IMG/VR virus record: IMGVR_UViG_3300021961_000065
Coordinates: 1-64,000 of that record
Source of the DNA: a virus
Direction: 5' to 3' (one strand)
DNA length: 64,000 nucleotides
Shown: one piece after another, positions 47,143 to 56,800 of the stretch
How the letters are laid out: every line of letters begins with the position of its first letter
How positions within the stretch are numbered: position 1 is the first letter of the stretch
The notes under the pieces: model-generated
Database searches by the model: none
Told to the model about the DNA's origin: nothing
What the model saw: only the letters and a program-made list of their open reading frames with translations
Position numbers and translations under genes: made by a program

Positions 47143-47506
47143 ATTTGAACGTAGTATTTGGGAACAGTTAATAAAAGAATACAAGACTTGTCAGTATGAA
47201 TGTGACTCGTACAAATACGAACAACCTGTTATTATAAGAACCTACACTCCTGACTTTAAGACAGGTAAACATAAAGTATACTTAGAAACAAAAGGTAAAT
47301 TAGATTTAGAGACTCGTAAGAAAATGATATGGTTTAAAGAATGTAATCCTAATGTACGGATTATATTTTTATTTCAAAATGCTGATGTTAAACTACGTAA
47401 AGGTAGTAAAACATCTTATAGTGAATGGGCAACAAAGAATAACTTTGAATGGTTAGATGCTAGAAAGGATTGGATAAGTGCATATAAAGAAATGCTCAAA
47501 GAATAA
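47096..47506 (+). CDS. Endonuclease I-like, copy B (true start probably TTG near 47123)
   Basis: FKSKFE, YTPDF, ETKG. Confidence 0.85.
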   Translation: MKTKRLQNALPNFKSKFERSIWEQLIKEYKTCQYECDSYKYEQPVIIRTYTPDFKTGKHKVYLETKGKLDLETRKKMIWFKECNPNVRIIFLFQNADVKLRKGSKTSYSEWATKNNFEWLDARKDWISAYKEMLKE

Positions 47507-47675
47507 AGATGGTTCATTTAAATTTGAAGTTGAAGTGAACAAAGATGAAGCTGCCTATTTGTTTAATTATGCTCTTAATGATTTAATAAAAGCAGGGTTT
47601 ATGCACGTAGATTTAATTACTGAAGCTGAATATGAGCTTAATTTATTTAGAGAAGATGGAGGAGATCTATCATGA
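47478..47675 (+). CDS. Hypothetical protein, copy B
   Basis: Ortholog of 3403-3600. Confidence 0.65.
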   Translation: MHIKKCSKNKDGSFKFEVEVNKDEAAYLFNYALNDLIKAGFMHVDLITEAEYELNLFREDGGDLS

Positions 47676-48433
47676 AACATTTAGTGATACCTGATTGTCA
47701 AGTTAAACCTAAAGTAGATATATCTTATTTATATTGTATTGGTAACTATATAGTGGCTAAACAACCTGATGTTATTGTATGTATAGGTGACTTTGCTGAT
47801 ATGCCTAGCTTATCAAGTTATGATACAAATAAGAAATCATTTGAAGGACGTACATACAAAGCAGATGTTAAATCTGTTCACACAGGAATGGAACTACTTT
47901 TAGGTCCTTTATGGGAGTATCAAGATAGACAACGTAAAGATAAAAAGAAGATGTACAGACCTCGTATGATATTGACGTTAGGTAATCATGAAGATAGAAT
48001 AGATAGAGCGATTAACACAGATCGTAAACTTGAAGATTTAATTAGTATAGGAGATCTAAACTATGAACACTATGGTTGGGAGGTGTATCCTTTTCTTGAC
48101 GTGGTTGTGGTCGATGGTGTTGCTTACTCACATTATTTTGCAAGTGGTGTCATGGGAAGACCAGTTACATCAGCACAAGCTCTCATTAATAAAAAGCACA
48201 TGTCATGCTTTGCAGGACACCAACAAGGACGACAAATTGCCTATGCAAGAAAAGCAGATGGCACTGAAATTACTTGTATTATAGCAGGTAGTTGTTATCT
48301 ACATAATGAAGACTATCTATCTTCACAAGGTAATAATCACTGGAGAGGGATCTATATGTTACATGAAGTAGATAATGGGGCTTTCGATGAGATGGCAGTT
48401 AGTTTAAGATATTTAATGAAGGAGTATAAGTAA
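47672..48433 (+). CDS. Metallophosphoesterase, copy B
   Basis: GDFAD, GNHE, GHQQ. Confidence 0.85.
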   Translation: MKHLVIPDCQVKPKVDISYLYCIGNYIVAKQPDVIVCIGDFADMPSLSSYDTNKKSFEGRTYKADVKSVHTGMELLLGPLWEYQDRQRKDKKKMYRPRMILTLGNHEDRIDRAINTDRKLEDLISIGDLNYEHYGWEVYPFLDVVVVDGVAYSHYFASGVMGRPVTSAQALINKKHMSCFAGHQQGRQIAYARKADGTEITCIIAGSCYLHNEDYLSSQGNNHWRGIYMLHEVDNGAFDEMAVSLRYLMKEYK

Positions 48434-48735
48434 TGCACCCATTAGAAACAATATATAAAAAAGCAGTAGAACAAGTTACAAGTGGAAAAGGTAATGAAAG
48501 ACATGGTGATGGTGATGACTTTATGTTACAGCCTTGGGTTAACATTACTAGACTACATGGACGTGGTTTTCTAACAGGACAGGCACAGAAGAAACTAGAA
48601 GAGGCAGTCCGTAATCGAGTCGGTCATAACTACGACTGGTATGAGCGTGAGTTACTTGGTGCTATCAATTACTTAGCTATGGCATTACTTGCTGAATATG
48701 AGATTGGTAAAAGTACTACGGAGGAACTACATTGA
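48433..48735 (+). CDS. Conserved hypothetical protein, copy B
   Basis: Ortholog of 4397-4690. Confidence 0.65.
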   Translation: MHPLETIYKKAVEQVTSGKGNERHGDGDDFMLQPWVNITRLHGRGFLTGQAQKKLEEAVRNRVGHNYDWYERELLGAINYLAMALLAEYEIGKSTTEELH

Positions 48736-48914
48736 TTACTATTGAAGAATTAGCTGAACAGCTAGAAACATTTAGTGAGGTAGACTTACTAGAGATACTA
48801 GACATTGATTCAAAAGAATTAATTGCTAGGTTTATAGATAAGATAGAAGATAAGTATGAAGATCTTGTATCTGAATTTACTATTGATTTAAATGAGGAGA
48901 ATGAGGATGATTAA
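48732..48914 (+). CDS. Small acidic protein, copy B
   Basis: Ortholog of 4795-4986. Confidence 0.65.
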   Translation: MITIEELAEQLETFSEVDLLEILDIDSKELIARFIDKIEDKYEDLVSEFTIDLNEENEDD

Positions 48915-50784
48915 TTTACCATCGGTATATCAAGACGTTATTGCTATGTCTAGATATTCTAGATATATTCCTGAGAAAAAACGTAGAGAAACTTGGGATG
49001 AAACTGTAGATAGATTGGTAAACTATTTAGAAAGTAAAGCACCAGAATTAAAGAAAGACTTAAAAGAAGTTAGAGAAGCTGTTCTTAACTTAGAAGTAAT
49101 GCCTTCTATGCGTTTATTAATGACAGCAGGTGAAGCTGTAGAGCGAGATAATATTGCTGCTTATAATTGCTCTTACCTTGCTATTAATAATAAACGTGCT
49201 TTTAGTGAGGCTCTTTATATCCTAATGAATGGTACTGGTGTTGGTTTTAGTTGTGAACGACAAGAGATTAATAAACTACCTGCAGTACCTACTGAAATGT
49301 CAGAAGTCAAAGACATTATTGTCGTTGGAGATAGTAAACTTGGATGGGCGAAAGCCTTCAAGAAATTGTTATCCAGTCTTTGGGAAGGAGATATACCACA
49401 GATTGACTACTCACATATTCGACCATTAGGAGCTAGACTAAAGACATTTGGAGGACGAGCTAGTGGTCCAGGTCCCTTAGAAAAACTATTTAAATTTGTT
49501 ATTAACAAGTTTGTAGAGGCTAAAGGACGTAAACTAAACTCTATCGAAGTACATGATATTATGTGTATGATTGGTGACATTGTTGTTGTAGGTGGTGTAA
49601 GACGATCAGCTTTAATTTCTTTAAGTAATCTAACAGACAGACGTATGAGAGATGCTAAAACAGGTGCTTGGTGGGAAAAAGATGAACATCGTAGACTTGC
49701 TAATAACTCAGTAGCTTACACAGAAACACCTGATAGTGAGACTTTTATGGAAGAATGGCTATCTTTAGTTAAATCTAAATCTGGAGAACGAGGTATCTTT
49801 AATCGTGTTGCTGCTCAGAAACAAGCTAACAAATGGGGAAGACGTGATCCTACTTTAGATTATGGTACTAATCCTTGTAGTGAAATTATTCTACGTGATA
49901 AACAATTCTGTAACTTAACTGAAGTTATTATTCGTGCTAATGATACAGAAGAGTCTTTAACTAGAAAAGTCAGACTAGCTACGTTGTTAGGCACTATACA
50001 ATCTACACTTACTAACTTTCAATTTTTATCTCATGATTGGATTAAAAATACAGAAGAAGAAAGATTACTTGGAGTATCATTAACAGGGATTATGGATTGT
50101 AAACTAACTTCAAACCCTGATTCTAAAATGTTAGAAAGGTTAAGAGATGTTGCAAGAAAAACAAATGAAACATACGCTAAAAAACTGGACATTCCTGTGT
50201 CTACGTCAATTACTTGTGTTAAGCCTAGCGGCACTGTGTCTCAGCTTGTTGACTCTGCTAGTGGTATACATACACGACACAATGACTACTACATTAGAAG
50301 AATACGTATGTCTAAAGCAGACCCTATATATGACTTCTTAAAAAACAAAGGTATTGAAGTAGAAGATGATTTGTTTGATAAAAGTAAAATAACGGCTGTA
50401 TTTAGTTTCCCTATGAAATCACCTAAAGGTGCTATACTTAGAGATGGTATGACAGCTATAGAGCAATTAGAAAACTGGCTTATTTATCAACGTCATTGGT
50501 GTGAACATAAACCTTCTGTAACTATATCTGTTAAAGATGATGAATGGATTCAAGTAGGAGCCTGGGTATGGAAACATTTTAATGAGATTAGTGGAGTTTC
50601 TTTCTTACCTCATGATGGTGGATCATATCAACAAGCTCCTTATGAAGACTGCACTAAAGAACAGTATGAAGAGTTGTTAAGTCGTACTCCTAAAACCATA
50701 GATTGGTTAGACTTTATTGAAGAAGACGATAATACAATAGGACAACAAACATTAGCCTGTACGGCAGGAAGCTGTGAGATATAA
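48892..50784 (+). CDS. nrdJ: Class II ribonucleotide reductase, copy B
   Basis: Same motifs as 4979-6853; true start probably a few codons downstream. Confidence 0.9.
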   Translation: MRRMRMINLPSVYQDVIAMSRYSRYIPEKKRRETWDETVDRLVNYLESKAPELKKDLKEVREAVLNLEVMPSMRLLMTAGEAVERDNIAAYNCSYLAINNKRAFSEALYILMNGTGVGFSCERQEINKLPAVPTEMSEVKDIIVVGDSKLGWAKAFKKLLSSLWEGDIPQIDYSHIRPLGARLKTFGGRASGPGPLEKLFKFVINKFVEAKGRKLNSIEVHDIMCMIGDIVVVGGVRRSALISLSNLTDRRMRDAKTGAWWEKDEHRRLANNSVAYTETPDSETFMEEWLSLVKSKSGERGIFNRVAAQKQANKWGRRDPTLDYGTNPCSEIILRDKQFCNLTEVIIRANDTEESLTRKVRLATLLGTIQSTLTNFQFLSHDWIKNTEEERLLGVSLTGIMDCKLTSNPDSKMLERLRDVARKTNETYAKKLDIPVSTSITCVKPSGTVSQLVDSASGIHTRHNDYYIRRIRMSKADPIYDFLKNKGIEVEDDLFDKSKITAVFSFPMKSPKGAILRDGMTAIEQLENWLIYQRHWCEHKPSVTISVKDDEWIQVGAWVWKHFNEISGVSFLPHDGGSYQQAPYEDCTKEQYEELLSRTPKTIDWLDFIEEDDNTIGQQTLACTAGSCEI

Positions 50785-51155
50785 TGAGAGTTTGTATAAT
50801 AGGTAGTCGTAGTTTAGATAAGGCAGAGATAGTTCTTCCTATTATAGATAAGTTCTTTAAAGAACATACAGTTAAACCTCAAGTTATTATATCAGGAGGA
50901 GCTAAAGGAGTTGATCACTTTAGTCAGTTGTATGCAGAACATAATGGACTTGACTTTATACAAATATTGCCGTATCATTTATTGGATACCACCACTGAGT
51001 TTAACAGTAAATACTTTTTTATTCGTACCAAGCAGATGATAAGTAACGCAGATAAGGTACTTGCAATATGGGATACAAAAAGTAAAGGTACTGAGTATGG
51101 TATTAAACTTGCTCAGAAGTTAGATATACCAGTGATGGTTGTTAAAGTACCATAG
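50784..51155 (+). CDS. SLOG-family protein, copy B
   Basis: IIGSRS, ISGGAKGVD, WDTKSKGT. Confidence 0.75.
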   Translation: MRVCIIGSRSLDKAEIVLPIIDKFFKEHTVKPQVIISGGAKGVDHFSQLYAEHNGLDFIQILPYHLLDTTTEFNSKYFFIRTKQMISNADKVLAIWDTKSKGTEYGIKLAQKLDIPVMVVKVP

Positions 51156-51233
51156 GTTTCCTTCCTTTTTGTCCTATGGTATGCTATGGTGCTGTAGTAG
51201 TTAGGTTGCCTCGCCTAGCTATTACAGCATTAT
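51148..51233 (+). other. Double stem-loop after the SLOG gene, copy B
   Basis: TACCATAGG/CCTATGGTA, then a 20-bp stem with G-U pairs and loop TTGCCTCG. Confidence 0.6.
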
Positions 51234-51249
51234 TTTATATGGAGGTTAT

Positions 51250-51462
51250 GTGCTTGAATACGTATTAGTACTCTATCTTAATGATGAGCCTAACTATATA
51301 GGTAACTTTAAGTCATGTGCTCATGCTAATAGATACATACAAAACTGTTACTTTAGTACAGTTATGCCTAGTGACTACTATGTATCATGCCAACATCAAG
51401 ACTATTTATTTTTACCTGAGGGTTTTGTAGCCTCTTATCCTGAGGATTGTTCCACAGATTAA
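51250..51462 (+). CDS. Small Cys-containing protein, copy B
   Basis: Ortholog of 7428-7643. Confidence 0.7.
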   Translation: MLEYVLVLYLNDEPNYIGNFKSCAHANRYIQNCYFSTVMPSDYYVSCQHQDYLFLPEGFVASYPEDCSTD

Positions 51463-51492
51463 TAGGAGGAAAATCTATATCCTTCCATTCAA

Positions 51493-53829
51493 TCATAGTA
51501 AGCTATCTAAATAATTTATAGTTTCACTAGGTAATTTTGTTTTCCATTTATTACCATTAGCTTCTATTAATTTATCTACATTACCTAAACCATAATTATA
51601 AGCAGCTAAAGCTTTTTCTTTATCGCCTCGATAGTAACTAACTAATTTATCAAGATAGTTTTGTACCCATTGAGCTTGTTCCATTACAGTAGAAGTTTCA
51701 AGATCTATTGAAGGTAATCCAAATCCAGGATCTTTTGCTGTACTAGGTAGTATTTGGAATTGTCCTAAAGCACCTTTACTAGATTTAATAAGTTTACCTG
51801 CTTTATCTCGATGTCCTTCTTTAGATTCTACAGGACCTAACTCATTAACTACAAAGTCTAAATCAAGTTCTTTAGCTTTTGTTTGAGTTATAGGAGGTTC
51901 TTGTTCTACAGGAGCAGTTGTAACTCCTTCTGTAGGTGTCGTCTCTACAGGTTGTTCATTAACTATAGGAACAGTTTCTTCTTGTACTTGTTGTTGTACA
52001 GCTTTAAGACTATCTAAAATACCTTTATTAGATTCAACAGCCATTACTTTACCATAGGTTTTAATACTGTTATTTAATGGTACTACATACTTATTATTAA
52101 AATCATTTTTAGCACCAGGTACAATAACTAAACCTTGACCATCTGTTTTAATAGTAAGCCCCAAAGTAGCAGCTTCTGCTTCCATTTGTTTATAAATTGT
52201 AGGAACAGCGTTTTCAATACTTTGAGCTAATGCACTTTGACGAGTTGCATCTAATGATCTAACATCATCACTTGTTACAAAGTTTGATGCTATACCTGCC
52301 ATAATTTCAGTATATAATTTATATTTATCAGCAGGACTATCCATTTTATTATTATAGGCTTCTTCAATACGATCAAATAAAGAATTAGCTACTTGAGTAC
52401 CTTTAGTATCTCCTGATAATTTAGTTAAAGATATTTGAACTCCTTCTTGTACCATTGATTTATTTTTATTAAGAGGACTTATATTTAACATTTCATCTAA
52501 TGATGATATTCCTGTATTGCCTTGTTTTTCAAACATTCTATTAATATTATCAATAAAACCAACGTATTCAGCACTATTAAATTGAATACCAAACGTATTA
52601 CCTACAGTAGCTAGTTTTTCTAACATACCTGCTACTTCTGTAGTAGCTCCAAATTTATTTCTAAAATCTATTTGTATTTGATTTTCAGTAATAGATTTTT
52701 GATTTTCAATATAAGTTTTAATATCACTAAGATTTTTATAGTTTTCAATCGTAGTTAAAGAATCATTTAATCTATCTTTATAACGAGTAAGCCGTTCTTT
52801 AACTTCAGGATTATTTAATCCATAAGGAGAAAATGTTAATTCAGCATCCATAATACGATTTTGAATATATGTTTTAGCATTAGCTTTAGCTGTTGCTAAT
52901 TCATTAGGAGACAATTCTTGTCTTGTTACAAGTTGTCCAGTTTGAGGATCTACATTTGTAATAGTAAATATTTTTTCTATTTCATTTACATCACTATATT
53001 GTCTACTTAATGAAATTTTATCAAAAGTACCATCTTTAATAGCTCTACGAAGTTGTAATTTATCAACATCTTCACCACGTTTAGCTTCTCTAGATAAAGC
53101 ATCATCTCCAAATTTAGCTTGTCTTAAATATTGATTAAAAGCATCCATCGCATTAGAATCTAATTGACCATTAGGTCCTCTAAATATTGGATTATTTAAA
53201 TTAAGATTATTATCTTTAGCTTCTTTATAAATCTCTTTAAACATCCATTCATCCATACCTGCTTTAGAGGTAGCCATTTTGTCGTCAAGTTTAATACGAT
53301 TTTCAATACCATTTAAATCAAGTACAGTTTTACCATGAGAAAGAATTTCTGATTTAAGATAAGGATATTGTGTTACTTTATCTTTAAGTATTTGTTTTAC
53401 TCGTTGATCAAATTCAAAACCAGTAATACGTTCTTGTGACTTTGCTTTGTCTAAGAATTGTTTTTGTGTATCAATATCTGATAAAACATTATTAATAGAC
53501 TGGTTAACTTCTTCAGCAGAACCTGATTTTTGACTTGGTAGTTTAGCTAATTCAGCTTCAGACTTTTGTAAACCCTGTTGTTGTTCTAGTATTTTAGAAG
53601 GACTAGCAGATTCATAAGCATTAATTTCATCGTCTATTTCACCAGTAATTCCTTGAAGAGCATTGAGTTCAGCAACATCTTTATAAATAGCTGTAGATAA
53701 TTTAGCTGCATTAGTAAACGCATTAATGTTTGTAGCAGCACCATAGCCTGCTGATTTATCAATTACTGGTTGTTTAACAAAAGGAGCAACATTTCTTTCT
53801 CCTATTTCATCTGTAAATCTATTTGCCAT
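51493..53829 (-). CDS. Internal virion protein with C-terminal lytic transglycosylase (SLT) domain
   Basis: VES...SSKGALGQFQILPSTA...ALAAYNYG.GNV...LP.ET.NY. Confidence 0.8.
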   Translation of the reverse strand: MANRFTDEIGERNVAPFVKQPVIDKSAGYGAATNINAFTNAAKLSTAIYKDVAELNALQGITGEIDDEINAYESASPSKILEQQQGLQKSEAELAKLPSQKSGSAEEVNQSINNVLSDIDTQKQFLDKAKSQERITGFEFDQRVKQILKDKVTQYPYLKSEILSHGKTVLDLNGIENRIKLDDKMATSKAGMDEWMFKEIYKEAKDNNLNLNNPIFRGPNGQLDSNAMDAFNQYLRQAKFGDDALSREAKRGEDVDKLQLRRAIKDGTFDKISLSRQYSDVNEIEKIFTITNVDPQTGQLVTRQELSPNELATAKANAKTYIQNRIMDAELTFSPYGLNNPEVKERLTRYKDRLNDSLTTIENYKNLSDIKTYIENQKSITENQIQIDFRNKFGATTEVAGMLEKLATVGNTFGIQFNSAEYVGFIDNINRMFEKQGNTGISSLDEMLNISPLNKNKSMVQEGVQISLTKLSGDTKGTQVANSLFDRIEEAYNNKMDSPADKYKLYTEIMAGIASNFVTSDDVRSLDATRQSALAQSIENAVPTIYKQMEAEAATLGLTIKTDGQGLVIVPGAKNDFNNKYVVPLNNSIKTYGKVMAVESNKGILDSLKAVQQQVQEETVPIVNEQPVETTPTEGVTTAPVEQEPPITQTKAKELDLDFVVNELGPVESKEGHRDKAGKLIKSSKGALGQFQILPSTAKDPGFGLPSIDLETSTVMEQAQWVQNYLDKLVSYYRGDKEKALAAYNYGLGNVDKLIEANGNKWKTKLPSETINYLDSLL

Positions 53830-56800
53830 TATTGTTCTCCTTGAATTTCTACGGGTCCTACAGTAACATTTTCGTTTTCTTTAGGCTCTGTTTGTTTTAT
53901 ATTAAAGCGTTCTTTTAACATTTCTACGGCTTTTTTAGTAGAAGGTTTGTCTATACGTTCTAGTTTATTAATTACATTATTAATAAATTCATTAGTTTCT
54001 CGTTCTTGAGATCTAAATACTCTTCCTAAAATACTTGATTCAATATCAGAACGAGCTGCTCTTCTATCAAAAGCAACTATTTGTTTTTGAATAGCTATCA
54101 TATCATCTTTAGTAAAGAATTTACCACCTTGCTCTAATACTGTAAGTGTTTCACCAACTACTTTCATTTTAGCTGTAGCTGTTTCAACTGTGTCCATACT
54201 ATTTTTAACTTCAGGACTATTAAAGATTTTTACCATTTGTTTGTAAACATCTTCAGCTACTTGTTTATTACGTTCATTACGTTTATTTTCATTTGAAAGT
54301 ATTGCATACATTTCATTTTCATTTACAGTTCTAAAACCAAACTTCTGAGCTGCAAGCTCTGCTTGTGTTTTTTGTAATTGTAAACTATTGCCAAATGATG
54401 TAAGAATTTCACCTGATTCTGCTTGTACATAAGATTTAGTAATATTACTCATACCTGATACAAATTCAAATATTCTAGGAAGGGCTGAAGACATATCTTC
54501 TTTAGTAATATCTTTAGTTCTTATATAAAAATCAAAAGTATCAAATGCTTTAAATAAAGATTGAGAACCTTGTATTGCAGGTATTCTAAATGTACCCCCT
54601 TTTTCAGTAAATACATCTTGTATATTATAGATAAACTCAACAAAAGCAAAAGGAGTTCCTGAATTACCTACAGGAGATACAGAAGTTGAGTAGTCTATAT
54701 TAGGTCGTTTACCTTCTCCATCTTGAGCTAATTGATAAAATAATTCATTAACAACATAATTAGCTAAACCTCGTTCTATTAAAGCTCTAGTATTCTCATC
54801 TAATTGATCATCAGGATGTTGTTTATCTAACCAATCCATTAAGAATTTACCAAAGTAAAAACCAGTAGCACCAAAGGCTAATACTTGTCCTGCAAAGAAA
54901 CGTCCTCTTTGGAATTTAGTAAGATTAGTTGCATTATTTTGAAAAAACACATTACCTATCTTTTGAACAACAGCAAGGAATTGGAATAAACTACTTGTTA
55001 AACCTTTTTGGAAATTAAAAGCACCTTGTCTTGTTTGTGATCCTGAAATTCTCCATCCTTCATAGAAAATATCATCTTGAGTACGTTTATCTTTTAAATT
55101 AAAATCTTTACCTGCTAATTTACGTTTGTTCATCATAGCAATATTAGCAAAAAATAATCTGTTTTGAAATTCAGCAAAGTTAAAACCAATAGTACGAGCT
55201 ATACCAACAGCTCCTCTTATAGGTGATGTTGCTACGTTTACTGTTTGTTGTAATTTAGAAGGATTAATAGGATTATATTTATCTCCTAATAACTCGTTTA
55301 CCATCATGTTAAGAGAAGCAGACTGAGCTAATCCTGATTTATTTACAGCTTCTACCCAAGCTTCAAACTCAGGTACTTTCATAATTCTAAAACCTGGCAC
55401 ATCTGTAACTTGTAATAAACTATGAACCATTTGTTTAATGGCTTCTCCTGCAGGTTTACCTTTAAATTTATCTGCTTCAGCTAATAAACGTAAGTTAATT
55501 AAAACAGACATAGAGGTATCTCTTAAAATTGTATGAGGATTACCTGCCATCCACCCTACCATTTGAGTCGTTTGAACAAAAGGCTGTCGTAAAACGTTTA
55601 AAGCAATATATAAAGTAGAAGCAACTTTATTACCTAAAGAAGTAATTTGTTGTCCATCTAACTTTCTAAGAATAGAGTTAGTTCTTTTATTAATAAAATT
55701 AGGAGTTACCCATTCAAAACCATCATATACTTTATTAACAAACTCGTTAACTAATCCCTCACCTTTAGTTAAATAAGTTTGTTGTGCTTCATAATATTTA
55801 TATTTATTTAAAGCTGCTCTATATTTATTACGATTAACGTTAGCATTAATTATATCTGATTCTGATCTAGGAAATATAGGGTCACCTTGAGCATCTCGTT
55901 TAAGAAACTCAGGATAAGTCCTTACAAAGTATTCTTCAAATACTCTAAGATGTGGATCTAATAAATTAAGTCTATCTAAAGCTCGATGAGACTTAGCAAG
56001 AGCAGTCATCATATCTTCTAGATTATTATTCTTAAAGTTACGATTTAAATACTCGCCTCTAGCTTTAGCACTTGATGCAGAGGCTACATAAATTTCTTGA
56101 TCTGCTTTAATATCATTATATGTATTTTCTGCACGTCTTGGGTCAACTACACGATATGCAGGATTACCATCTAAATCCATAGGTAAGTCTGCTTCCATCT
56201 TTTTAGCAAATGCTTTAGCATCTTTAATAGTGTCAGCAGTTCCTACTACTTGTCTGTATTGAGCTAATACTTCAGGTTGTTGTTTAAACTTACCATTAAC
56301 AAATAAAGAAGCAGGTTCTATTTCTATAAAATAAACGGCTTTATGTACTGTAGGTAAATAGCCAGGTACCTTATCTAAAACTTGTGTAGGTAATGAATCA
56401 ATTTGAAATTTAGTTGCATCAATAACACCATATTCATAAACATCAATACGTTTATTTAAATTAAAGGGGTCTTGCTGTGGAAAACGTAATTGAACAATTT
56501 GTCGTCCATATTTATCATAAGGAATACCATCTTTTACTTTATCAAATACAAGTTCAGTTCCTGCTTTAGCTTCAAAATCCCAAATTAAACCTATGTCTTC
56601 TTTAATAAAAGGGAAGTCTGTTTTAACAGGTTGTAACATTGTATCTAAATTACCTTTATTATATAAAGCTTCTTTAAATCCATTAGCTACTAAATCTTCT
56701 TTAAATAGTTTATTAGTATAAGCATAGTCAAGTTTAGTTATTAACTTAATTGTTTGTATATCTGTATATACATCATCAATTAATTTAGTACGTTTAGAAG